Shown here: positions 8,507-17,714 of the stretch, in pieces
How the letters are laid out: every line of letters begins with the position of its first letter
Position numbering within the stretch: position 1 is the stretch's first letter
Assembly: GCA_000092065.1 (NCBI GenBank)
Contig: CP000583.1
Reading direction: 5' to 3' (one strand)
Length of the DNA: 64,000 bases
Source of the DNA: Ostreococcus lucimarinus
Taxonomy: Eukaryota
Position numbers and translations under genes: made by a program
Notes under the pieces: generated by a model
The model's input: only the letters and a program-made list of their open reading frames with translations
Database searches by the model: none
Told to the model about the DNA's origin: nothing

Positions 8507-11500
8507 ATGCCGGTGACCTCGTACCGGAGCGCGAGCGCCGAACTCCTGGACGCCGATCTCGTCGCGCGCGCGCGGACGTGCGACGCGCGCGCGTTTAACG
8601 CGTTCGTGAACGCGCTGGAGTCGCTGCGAGAGCGATGCGCGAGGGATGGAACGTGGTCGGAGACGCTGGCGGCGGCGAGGTGCCTGAAAGCCGCGGGCGC
8701 GGGATTCCCAGTCGACGTCCATGATGTGGAACGCGCGTTCTACGTCTCGGAGGCGTTCGCGAGGGAGTGCGTGGGGGTGGATGATGAGTGCGCGCACGAG
8801 TGGTGCGTTGGATTGTGCGCGCTGATTGATCGATACGGGGAGGATTTGGGCGGCGTCGTATGCCACTGGGAGCCGATGTTCGCGCGCGTGGAAACGTTTT
8901 TGCAGAGCGATGCGAAAGCGTATTCGGGATATGGATCGTGTAGTGCCACTCGTGCGCGTTACATGACTCTCGTGCGAAAGTGCCGTCGGTTTTTCCCGGA
9001 TGGCGCGGCGAGAGCGATTTGGGAGCGCGTGGCGGAGGATTGTCGAGCGACGGAGGACGCGAAATGCTTCGCCGGTTTAGGATTGCTACATTTGTTTACG
9101 CCGTGCATGCAAATGTCGACACCGTGTAGTGATGAATTGTTTTTCGTAGAGATGATGAATGGGGAGTGGGTGACGCTGTCGCATGCGTTAGGATCGAGTA
9201 GTTTCTGGACGTCGGGTTGGATTTCGATGTTTTCGCAGCTGGCAAAACACGACTTGAAGGGAAAAATCAACTGGAAAGGCGTGTACGATGATATGCTGAC
9301 GGTTACTTTACGTGTCATGGAACTACCGATCGGCGGTATCGAAGGGCGTCGTTCGTTCGGCCGTAAGGTGAGTTTCAAAGCCGCTATGACGTTTGGTTCG
9401 CAGCTCGAATCGCGTCGCGTGCGTACGGTGGCAAAACTCTTAGTTTACCGAGCGATGTGCGACGACGCAGTGGTTGAGTACATCGCAAAAATAATCGATT
9501 ATATCGAGCATTTTTACCACCCGAGCAGCAGCGGATCCTTTAGCGGTAATCTAGCATCTTTCCTGAGGTATCTCATCAAGTACACAAACAAATTTGTGGG
9601 GTACGAAAAACGAGTAGTACGGCCGGAGGTTCTGGCACGTTTGGTACCGGTATTCAAGCGCATAACGGACAGAGCAGTGTTCTCAAAGTCGTCTGATCTT
9701 CGGCGATACGCCGCCATCGGCATAGGTCGATTGGCGTATATGAACCCTGAACTGATATTGCCCAGCGTCATGTCACGATTTGAGGAAGCTTTAGCGCACG
9801 AAACGGCTACTCGTCAGCTCGTGCCCGCTATGAATTGTCTCACTCTATGTGTGCGACAAATTATGCTGCTTCCAACGAATACGATTTTCCAGGATGATCA
9901 GGAAGCGTATGTCAATGTCAGTGAGTTTCTTGCGTCTGCGCTCAACGCCGCTCTTCCGGGGATCGACGTTAATGATTCATCGAAAACATGTGCGACTTTG
10001 AGATTCTTTTGTGTAGTGGTCACGAATTTACCGAGATTAGTAGATGTGGGTGAAAACGGTGCGGTGTCGTGCGTCCCGATCTTATGGTCAGAGTGGACGG
10101 TGCACTTTCTTGAGCGACTGTTCACCCTGTTTGAACATTTACAACCGGACACACACGGTAGTAAGTCAGACGCCGCCGATGCGTTTAAGGGTGGTGCGCG
10201 ACACGCGGCTGGATTTCTGTTGTCTACGTCTACCATGTACTCTCCACTTCTTCGAATTTTATTCGAAAGGCTCGATCCGAGTATTCGAAGCGTCGCCATC
10301 ATGCGAGTAGCGGCGTTTATTCGCGACAACACTTTACCTGAAATTTGTGAAGAGGTCGCGCGCCTAGTCTCCGCCGCGCTTTTCGCAGATACCGAATTAG
10401 TGATTCGAGAGATCTTGCGTCCAGCTATGGTCGCGCTGGATGAAGATTTGGATTTTGAAGGTGAACTCTCAACGACGGCGGAAGCTCGCATCTTTTGGAA
10501 CTCTTGCATCTTGACAAAATGCACGGTAGCTTCAAGAGAAGCGGCACTCGCATTACGCGAAGACTTTATGAACGTGACTCGCAAGATGTTCAAAGTTAGC
10601 GAGACCTGTCGAAATCTTGATCTCATGTCTTATGCTGAACTGCATGTTAGTGCGATACTGAAAGGTCTGCTCTCTGTTGAAGTCATCGACACAGTCAAGG
10701 ACGAAGTCGAGGGAGATTCCGTTACTGATTGGGTCAATTTGAAGTGGAGACTCGATCAAGGCGGTAATGTGATTGGCGAGCAACACTTACCGACGCCTTT
10801 ATCGTGGCGTTTGCCAGGTGAAGGTGAGTTTGTAGTCGCGCAGGCAATGATTGATGAATTTCTCGTGGCGCCGGCGCACGCGTTACTCCAAGTGACGAAC
10901 GAAGATGCGATGGATTGCGACGACGCGTCTTCATCGAAGGATTGGATTAGGACGAATGTGTCAATGATGGTTGGTGCCTTGGGTGGACTCGAAGATAGGC
11001 TGAAAGACTTTTCGGACTCTGATTCAGCGCTGTTGATTACTGGACACGCGTTACCTTTCACAGACTCAACGCCCCGGACGTTGGCAGCAAGAGCACTTGT
11101 AGCGGCAATTCAAAAGACTGGTGCCGATGACACAGATACATTGAGTTTGATTTGCTCTGCGGCGAAAGCGGTGGTAAATCCCGCTCGATCTTCGTACAAG
11201 TTTCAGAAAAAGTCACTCGCTGCGTTGAACTCGATTGGATACTACTTTACACAGCCCAAAACAGGTGGGCAGCATAGCAGATACCCGAGATGGTTCGTTG
11301 CAGAGAAAGCTCGGCTGAGTTTGCACTGGCGCAACGCAATGTCCGTTTACTTTTCAGGATCTGCGTCGCCGTTCAACTTGACTGGTCCATCTTCAGATGT
11401 GAGTCGTAATGCTTTGCTGGGCTCCCTTCAAGATTTAGCCTTGAGCAAATATGTGAGCGTCCGATGCTCCGCGCTACCCGTCGTGCAGGGACTGTCTGAT

Positions 11501-13705
11501 CGATATCCGAAGGAAATCGTTCCTTTCGTCGAATTATCTGTAAAATCTCTCGCAAAGAGCGAAGAAGATGAAGACAAATGTATCGCAGCTTGTGAAGCTT
11601 TGAAAGCGCACGAAGCGCTCGGAGAGTTGTTTCGGAACGAAAGTGTGTTCGTGCCGTTCGTTGAGGCGTTGTTGGGAAGCTCGCATCACGGTACAGAAAA
11701 GGCCCAGAATGCGATCGGCGCACTTTTCTTACATTTCGCTTTATTGTTTACTCGTGGCCTATTTCATCCAAAACCACGGATTGGCATCACAGTTCTCCAA
11801 GAACGACTGCTCGCATCGCTGAAATCCGAAACTGCATTGCACTGGAGCTACGAGATGATGACAAACGCGATGAGTGTGTTTTTCGTAGACTCGCAGGATG
11901 ACCCGAAGTTTCTCGCGAGCGCAACGGAGCAGTTTATGCGGAGTATCCTCGGCGACTTGAAAGTTGTGAGGTTCCCAGCCATGTGCGCACTCCTTATGAT
12001 GAGTCGATACGAGTGTTTTGAATCGAATTGTGCGCCGATGATTCTGCGTATGATGAGCGCTGATCCAGAGTCGTCGTGTAAGTCGTTACTCGATAGTTTC
12101 GGTATCGCACACTCTGCAATCGACAACAGCGAGTCTCGCGGTAGAACCAATGGAAAAGCTGACGCTCTAATGCAAGCCGCCGAGTCGTTGTACGGTTTCG
12201 CACAGGAAATGTCTTCCGGCGGTGCAGACTGGCCAACTTCAAGGGCAGCTGACTTTTTACCACAGTCTGGTGCTTTCATCACTGCTGTCGCAAGATTTTG
12301 GCAGCTTCTCACTCGCATCGCTCCCGTTGAACTCACTACCGGTCTGCGAGCAGCCATAAAGCAAACTTCTGACGACAGCGATCGAAGTGAGAGATGCGCA
12401 ATTTCGGAAGCACTCGCTGGGGCGTTGGCGTCGCGTTCCATCACGGAAATCGATCGTCAATGGATGCAAGACACTTTCCTCAAGTACGCTTTAGATGCTC
12501 CCACCGATCAAAGAGAAGAATGGCTTAAAGGAGCGGCATGGTGCACGGATAGTGGCAATGAGAATGTTTCCGATAGCCTTCTTCGGCATCTCAGTTCAAC
12601 GCCGATGGGCACTGTGGCACAAACGGCGCGAGGGCTTGAGCTCACGCGCGTCTGCATCGCCCAGCTCGGTCACGGCCGGGGTATGGATATAAAACAATCA
12701 CTCATGGATCTCCTTGCGGATCCAACCGCTTCCCCGCTCGCGCATGAAAGCCGTCTTGTTCGCGAGACTGGCGCACAACTTGCGGCGTCTCTGCTTGCGG
12801 AATGCGATCAAGCGCTCAACGCCGCTCGTTCCAAACTCATCACCCTGTTCACGGCAGACATAGAAAATGTCGTCAATCGCGCGTTGTTGTCTGATCCAGC
12901 GCAGCCAGATGCGATCATGACACCTTCGAGAAATGCTCTCGAAGGGATCTTTTACACTTTCCTCGAACTCGTTCGTCGCGGCGATGCGTTGACAGTGGAG
13001 CCCAGTATACCTTTGATTCTTCGAGCCGCGCTACGCACCGCAGAATCCAAGGACAAAGATTTCGCCATGGTCTCCAAGCTCACCATCGCTTACTTGAAGT
13101 ATCTGAACTTTGAAAAGGTAGAGTTGCGAGCATTCACAGAGGTTCTTGGTGAGACAACACGCGATGACAATTGGCACACGCGCGCCGCAACGCTGCGATA
13201 CATCCAGGCTTTGATTTACCATCACGCTTTTACCATCGATTCGGGCTTGTTCGCGATGTTGCGCGAATGTGTTCTCGAAGCGTTGCACGACAAGCAACTG
13301 GAAGTCGCGCAATTGGCGTCGCACACACTGATGATTTTCTTGAAGGGCGTCGGCGCGGCTGATGAATCAACGTTGCGTGACAGATTTCTCAAAATCGTCA
13401 GCGTGCGACTCCCATCGGACGCCAACTCTGAGCTCATCATGCACAAACACGCGGCAGTATTAGGTTTGTCCGCGTGCGTTCTCTCCAACCCGTACGAAGT
13501 TCCCAGTTGGATGCCTGAAGTCATGGAGGCGCTCGGTTTCGCATCGCTCGAACCGTCGCCGATCAAGCAAGCCACCCAACACACGTTCGCGGAATTCAAA
13601 AAGACTCATCAGGACGCATGGACCCAAACTCGCGCCGCGTTTACGCACGAGCAATGGGAAAACGTTTCATTAGGTTTAGATCTCGCGCCTAGCTACATCA
13701 TTTAG
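8507..13705 (+). CDS. PSME4: Proteasome activator PA200/Blm10 (PSME4), 1732 aa HEAT-like repeat protein.
   Basis: C-terminal FAEFKKTHQDAWTQTRAAFTHEQW closely matches the PA200 C-terminal FKRTHQDTWQEHKQQFTDDQL region. YHPSSSG motif near residue 330. The size fits. True ATG at 8507. Confidence 0.75.
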   Translation: MPVTSYRSASAELLDADLVARARTCDARAFNAFVNALESLRERCARDGTWSETLAAARCLKAAGAGFPVDVHDVERAFYVSEAFARECVGVDDECAHEWCVGLCALIDRYGEDLGGVVCHWEPMFARVETFLQSDAKAYSGYGSCSATRARYMTLVRKCRRFFPDGAARAIWERVAEDCRATEDAKCFAGLGLLHLFTPCMQMSTPCSDELFFVEMMNGEWVTLSHALGSSSFWTSGWISMFSQLAKHDLKGKINWKGVYDDMLTVTLRVMELPIGGIEGRRSFGRKVSFKAAMTFGSQLESRRVRTVAKLLVYRAMCDDAVVEYIAKIIDYIEHFYHPSSSGSFSGNLASFLRYLIKYTNKFVGYEKRVVRPEVLARLVPVFKRITDRAVFSKSSDLRRYAAIGIGRLAYMNPELILPSVMSRFEEALAHETATRQLVPAMNCLTLCVRQIMLLPTNTIFQDDQEAYVNVSEFLASALNAALPGIDVNDSSKTCATLRFFCVVVTNLPRLVDVGENGAVSCVPILWSEWTVHFLERLFTLFEHLQPDTHGSKSDAADAFKGGARHAAGFLLSTSTMYSPLLRILFERLDPSIRSVAIMRVAAFIRDNTLPEICEEVARLVSAALFADTELVIREILRPAMVALDEDLDFEGELSTTAEARIFWNSCILTKCTVASREAALALREDFMNVTRKMFKVSETCRNLDLMSYAELHVSAILKGLLSVEVIDTVKDEVEGDSVTDWVNLKWRLDQGGNVIGEQHLPTPLSWRLPGEGEFVVAQAMIDEFLVAPAHALLQVTNEDAMDCDDASSSKDWIRTNVSMMVGALGGLEDRLKDFSDSDSALLITGHALPFTDSTPRTLAARALVAAIQKTGADDTDTLSLICSAAKAVVNPARSSYKFQKKSLAALNSIGYYFTQPKTGGQHSRYPRWFVAEKARLSLHWRNAMSVYFSGSASPFNLTGPSSDVSRNALLGSLQDLALSKYVSVRCSALPVVQGLSDRYPKEIVPFVELSVKSLAKSEEDEDKCIAACEALKAHEALGELFRNESVFVPFVEALLGSSHHGTEKAQNAIGALFLHFALLFTRGLFHPKPRIGITVLQERLLASLKSETALHWSYEMMTNAMSVFFVDSQDDPKFLASATEQFMRSILGDLKVVRFPAMCALLMMSRYECFESNCAPMILRMMSADPESSCKSLLDSFGIAHSAIDNSESRGRTNGKADALMQAAESLYGFAQEMSSGGADWPTSRAADFLPQSGAFITAVARFWQLLTRIAPVELTTGLRAAIKQTSDDSDRSERCAISEALAGALASRSITEIDRQWMQDTFLKYALDAPTDQREEWLKGAAWCTDSGNENVSDSLLRHLSSTPMGTVAQTARGLELTRVCIAQLGHGRGMDIKQSLMDLLADPTASPLAHESRLVRETGAQLAASLLAECDQALNAARSKLITLFTADIENVVNRALLSDPAQPDAIMTPSRNALEGIFYTFLELVRRGDALTVEPSIPLILRAALRTAESKDKDFAMVSKLTIAYLKYLNFEKVELRAFTEVLGETTRDDNWHTRAATLRYIQALIYHHAFTIDSGLFAMLRECVLEALHDKQLEVAQLASHTLMIFLKGVGAADESTLRDRFLKIVSVRLPSDANSELIMHKHAAVLGLSACVLSNPYEVPSWMPEVMEALGFASLEPSPIKQATQHTFAEFKKTHQDAWTQTRAAFTHEQWENVSLGLDLAPSYII

Positions 13706-13779
13706 TACTGATTTCTTTGCCGGCGGTCATCGTCTCGTCGACGTCGCTGCGCGCGCGCGGCGTCACTCCGTCGCGCGCT

Positions 13780-14459
13780 ATGAGCGACCAAACCGCAACC
13801 GCAACCGATGCTGAATCCTCGTACACCATTTACGGTCACCCACCGCACCATCAAGTCGAAGGCCACCACCCGCGACCCGAGATCGAACACGCGAGGACGC
13901 AAGTTTGTTTCAAATGTGGATTCTTCTTCAACCCGCTACAAGGCGCCGGCAACGCGCCCGGGCAGAGGATGTGTCCGACGTGCGCGGCGGGGTCGAACCC
14001 GCTGCACGCCACGAGCGCACCGCAGCAGCAGTCCTTGATTTTGTGCCCAGGGTGGTGAGTGCACGCGCGAGCGACGCGCGACGCGTTTCGTGGGTGTCGA
14101 CAAACGACTAACGACGCGCGCTCGGCGCCGGTTCGTATCGCAGCAGAAGCGTGTTGATGCGACCGCCACCGCCGCATCCGATCGCGATGTGCGGACAGTG
14201 TCAACGGATTTTGAAGCTTCCGGAGCACGTCGATGCGCATTACTCACCGCCGCGCGAACCGCCGCTGGTACAGACGGCGCAAAATCTCCACGGTGTCAGA
14301 CCGCCGCCAGGATTTGGTGGACCAGCTGCGACGCAACTGTCCGTCGTCGCGTGCATCTGTCCGAGCTGTTCGAGCGTTGTTCAAGCCCCTTTGAGCGCAC
14401 CGATTTGTAAGTGTGGAAACTGCGGTCAGCCTATGCGTGTGCCGACGGCGATCGCTTAG
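13780..14459 (+). CDS. Triple zinc-ribbon protein, LSD1-type zinc finger-like (LOL/LSD1-like), ~196 aa. Two exons: join(13780..14054, 14144..14459).
   Basis: Three CxxC-(12-18)-CxxC modules; module 2 is CPGCRSVLMR...CGQC, which matches zf-LSD1 CxxCRxxLmY. Donor TG|GTGAGT at 14055, branch cgactaacg, acceptor tcgcag|C at 14143. The spliced codon TG+C creates the CPGC Cys. Confidence 0.5.
14055..14143 (+). other. Intron (89 nt) of the LSD1-like zinc finger gene.
   Basis: GTGAGT donor, CTAAC branch motif 30 nt upstream of the AG. Confidence 0.5.
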
Positions 14460-14661
14460 ATATGATTTGAGACGAGATTGAAGCTCGTCGAGCGTTTATG
14501 AGAATTGGTTGATTGATTCCGCGGCACCGCGGCACCGTGGCACGAGTACTCACAATAATGGTCGCATTATCGAATGGGGTGTTGGAATGTTAAAATTCGA
14601 TCGCATAGGGCGCGCGTGTTATCATGAGTTAAGGATTTCGAGCGATCGAGTCAAGCCTCGC

Positions 14662-15230
14662 CTACATCGACGCCTCCCCGATCGCGTCGCGCGGAATCGA
14701 CGACGCCTCTGACGTCGAAATTACCTTTCGTTCCGGCACCCGCTCCCGTCCCCGCTCTCTCTCATTTCTTGCTTCTCGAATTTTAACCCGAAGTCGCACC
14801 CATCGTCGCTTCTGCGCCTCGAGCCACCGAGCGCGATCGGACAGCCAAAGCGATCGGTACGATTCCGCCTCGTCGGCGCGCGCGTATGTGCTACTCTTCT
14901 TCACCGCGGCGTGCGGGACAGCGAGCCCGAACGCCCGCGCGCGCTCGACCGCGCGCGCATCCACGTGCCCCGCAGATGGCGCCGAACCGGCGATCCGCGA
15001 CGTCGTACGGTCGCGACCGCCGCGCGGCGTCGAGGCGAAGAAGGAAGCTTTGATTTGCTCTTCGTATCCATCGAGCCCAAATCTTCGTCGTTGCGCCACG
15101 TCTCGCACGATGTCCGAGGCGTTGAATGCGCGAGCGTGGTTGTGAGTGTGACTGTGATTGTGGTCGTTTGCGCGTCGCGTTGCGTTGGGTGGGATCAGGG
15201 TCATCGTCGCGCGAGCGTTGATGTGTAGCC
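14662..15230 (-). CDS. Hypothetical ORF (His-rich NDHNHSHTHNH segment, basic C-terminal region). A weak gene candidate in an otherwise unexplained 830-bp gap.
   Basis: ATG at about 15230 on the minus strand. GC3 is only moderate (~60%), lower than for confident genes. A possible GTAATT donor lies near 14740. No recognisable domain. Confidence 0.15.
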
Positions 15231-15290
15231 GATAGCGGCGTCGCGTCAATGATATAGATATTGTGGTATTGAATGCGAACGCCGAAAGAT

Positions 15291-16064
15291 TTACGCGCCG
15301 AGCGCCAAGGTGAGCTCGGCTTCGCACGCGAGCTCGTCTCCAACGAAGCATTGACCCTTCATTTTCGCGATCCCGAAACGCTTGTTGAGCTTGGTGAGGA
15401 CAACCTTCATGACGAGGGTGTCACCCGGAACCACGGGACGACGGAACTTGACGCCGTCGATCCCGGCGAAGAAGAATTGCTTTTGGGTACCGCCAGCGCC
15501 TGCGTCGTGCGTCAAAATCGTGATCGCGTCAGTCAGTCGTCATTATTCGTGCGCGCTACGACGATGCGTCGCTTCGTCGATGCGAATCACTAATGCGGCG
15601 AGGCGACGCGGCGAGCGATTCGTTCGCCAACCGACGCGCGCGCGCTTGAATCGAATCTCACCTTCTTCACCAGGTTCCAACATCACCAACCCACCGACCT
15701 GCGCCATAGCTTCCACCATCAACACCCCCGGCATGATCGGTCGCTGCGGAAAGTGTCCCGGGAAGAAGTTATCGTTGATGGTCACGTTCTTCACGCCGAT
15801 GGCGTACGACCCGACCTCGATCTCCACCACGCGGTCCACGAGCAGGAACGGATATCGGTGCGGGAGCAAGTTCATGATGGCGTCGATGTCCATGGCCGCT
15901 GGAAGGTTCTTTCCCATGCCCTTGGCCGAAGAACCGGGCTCCGGCGCGTCCGCGGCGGCCGCGACGGCGACGCGACGAGCCTGAGACTTGACCTTGGTCG
16001 CGGACGTTCGACGAACGTTGGCGACGCGAGGCGCGATGAGAGCGGCTTGGCACTGCGCGAGCAT
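15291..16064 (-). CDS. FABZ: 3-hydroxyacyl-ACP dehydratase FabZ (plastid type II FAS) with an N-terminal transit-peptide-like extension. Two exons: join(15662..16064, 15291..15499) on the minus strand.
   Basis: [20 protein letters not shown] and [17 protein letters not shown] in exon 1; [21 protein letters not shown] in exon 2. Donor GAAGAAG|GTGAGA, acceptor cgcag|GCGCTGG; phase 1 is preserved. Confidence 0.85.
15500..15661 (-). other. Intron (162 nt) of FabZ.
   Basis: GTGAGA donor and CAG acceptor on the minus strand. It splits the hot-dog fold between LEPGEEG and [14 protein letters not shown]. Confidence 0.55.
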
Positions 16065-16272
16065 GATGATAGAGTGGTTTAAGTGCGTTGGGCGCGGTTT
16101 GAGAGGGCGCGAGACGGCTCGAGGGCGTCGCGGTGTGCGAAATGCGAAGTGGATAAAGTGTTTAACAGTCGAGGCGAGCCGGGACACTTTTCGCGGCGGA
16201 TGCGGAATTCATTCGTTCGTCGATATCGACTCGCTAATACAAAAGATTGACTACGTGACGGTGGAGGACGAG

Positions 16273-17658
16273 TTAATAAATGTAAGGGATCAGACGATAC
16301 TTGACGATGGCGCAGTACTTTTTCCAGTCGTCTCCGTATTTTTCCTCGCACGCTTCGCCATCGCGACCGTCTCTATGTACCAATAGAATGCCAAAGTATA
16401 TGACGTAAAAGTAAGGGACGAGGTGAGAGAAACCACACGGTAAGCACCACGCCCACGCCATAATCCAATCGCCGAGGTAATTGACGTGGCGGCAGACGCC
16501 CCACCAACCGCTGACGATGAGCTTCGTGCCTCGCTTGGTTTGCAACGTCTTCAGATGCTTCACTCTAGGGTCGTTGGGGTTGGTCCGAAACAGGTTCTTT
16601 TGAGAATTCGCGCCGCGAAACACCCAGTAGCCGACGCACTGCACGGCAAAGATGGCGACGAGGTGAGCGTTGGAGAGCTCGACGGCGTGTTCGAGAATGT
16701 ACCGGCACTGCAACGAGTACGTGAATGGCACCCACACCAAATCTCCAAAAGCGAGCATGAAACCGAACCCGTCGGTGGTGATGTCCATCGTGGTCAAGAT
16801 TGCCGGTTCGTTCCACAGCGCGTCGATGACGTACGCCCCTTGAAACACGCACACCATAATCATCGGCGCGGAGACGGCGCCGACGCGCGCGTACTGCTTC
16901 GCGGCGAAACCTAAATCCAACAGCAACCATCCGATCAAACCGGGCGTGAGTTCACAGAAAACCTTCAAGTCAAACGCTCCGTTCAAGATCCTCGGATTCA
17001 GCTCACGCCCTATGAAAAAGTCGTACGCCGCGTTGCCGCTGTTTCCGCCCTTCGCGAGCGTCTTCCCTTTCGCAAACGAGCTCGCGTACAAATACGCCGA
17101 CAGCGCGTACGCCAACACCACCATGGCCGTGAGCATCGACAAAAAGTTATCGTGCACGGACGCCAAATCGAACCAACCCGCCTTGGTACCGATCGCGCCC
17201 GCGACCGCGGTGGCCGCCAAGACGCGAAACCCGTTGAGCTTGTACGTCAGCCGCGTTCCGTCCGGCAACGCGACGCCCTGTTTCTTCTGCCCCGGAATCA
17301 CCGCGTGCGCGACGACCGTGAACGCCATCCATCCGTACGCGGCGACGGCGCCGTCGACGCTCCACAGCGGCATGTGCTTCGGGAACCCCGGGAACGCGCC
17401 GCCTCGCGCGAGCTTCGAAACCTCCGCGCACCCATCCTCGTTGCACGCGTACGCGAGAAAGTAGCACACCAGCGGCAGCGCGACCGTGATCGCGAGCGCG
17501 CCGATCGGTCCGCCGAACTCGTAGTGCGTCGTCGTCGGCGCGTCGCGCGCGCGAGCCTTTTCGGATGACGCGGCGCGCGTCGTCGTCGCGCGTTCGGCGA
17601 CGCCGCGCGACGACCCGCGCGCGCGCGTCGAGGGCGCGCGACGCGCGGACGCGGGCAT
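16273..17658 (-). CDS. Sterol reductase of the ERG4/ERG24 family, most like delta7-sterol reductase (DHCR7/DWF5). Multi-pass membrane protein.
   Basis: LIVSGWWGVCRHVNYLGDW...LLVHRDGRDGEACEEKYGDDWKKYCAIVKYRLIPYIY C-terminal sterol-reductase signature. 461 aa. ATG at 17656-17658. Confidence 0.75.
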   Translation of the reverse strand: MPASARRAPSTRARGSSRGVAERATTTRAASSEKARARDAPTTTHYEFGGPIGALAITVALPLVCYFLAYACNEDGCAEVSKLARGGAFPGFPKHMPLWSVDGAVAAYGWMAFTVVAHAVIPGQKKQGVALPDGTRLTYKLNGFRVLAATAVAGAIGTKAGWFDLASVHDNFLSMLTAMVVLAYALSAYLYASSFAKGKTLAKGGNSGNAAYDFFIGRELNPRILNGAFDLKVFCELTPGLIGWLLLDLGFAAKQYARVGAVSAPMIMVCVFQGAYVIDALWNEPAILTTMDITTDGFGFMLAFGDLVWVPFTYSLQCRYILEHAVELSNAHLVAIFAVQCVGYWVFRGANSQKNLFRTNPNDPRVKHLKTLQTKRGTKLIVSGWWGVCRHVNYLGDWIMAWAWCLPCGFSHLVPYFYVIYFGILLVHRDGRDGEACEEKYGDDWKKYCAIVKYRLIPYIY

Positions 17659-17714
17659 CGCGCGCGTTCGTTCCGTCGCGCGTCGGTGTCTGTCGAGCGC
17701 GGCGCGGGCGCGCG

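Noticed and set aside
8375-8866. 163-aa minus ORF spanning the Gemin5/PA200 spacer and the PA200 5' end.
   Set aside because: It overlaps the true ATG-initiated PA200 N-terminus, and its Arg-rich composition is typical of the CG-repeat spacer.
14500-14640. Possible tRNA or other structured RNA in the AT-richer segment downstream of the LSD1-like gene.
   Set aside because: I could not find a convincing cloverleaf (no GTTCGANTC-type T-loop with matching acceptor-stem complementarity). It is left as part of the open question in the 14460-15290 finding.
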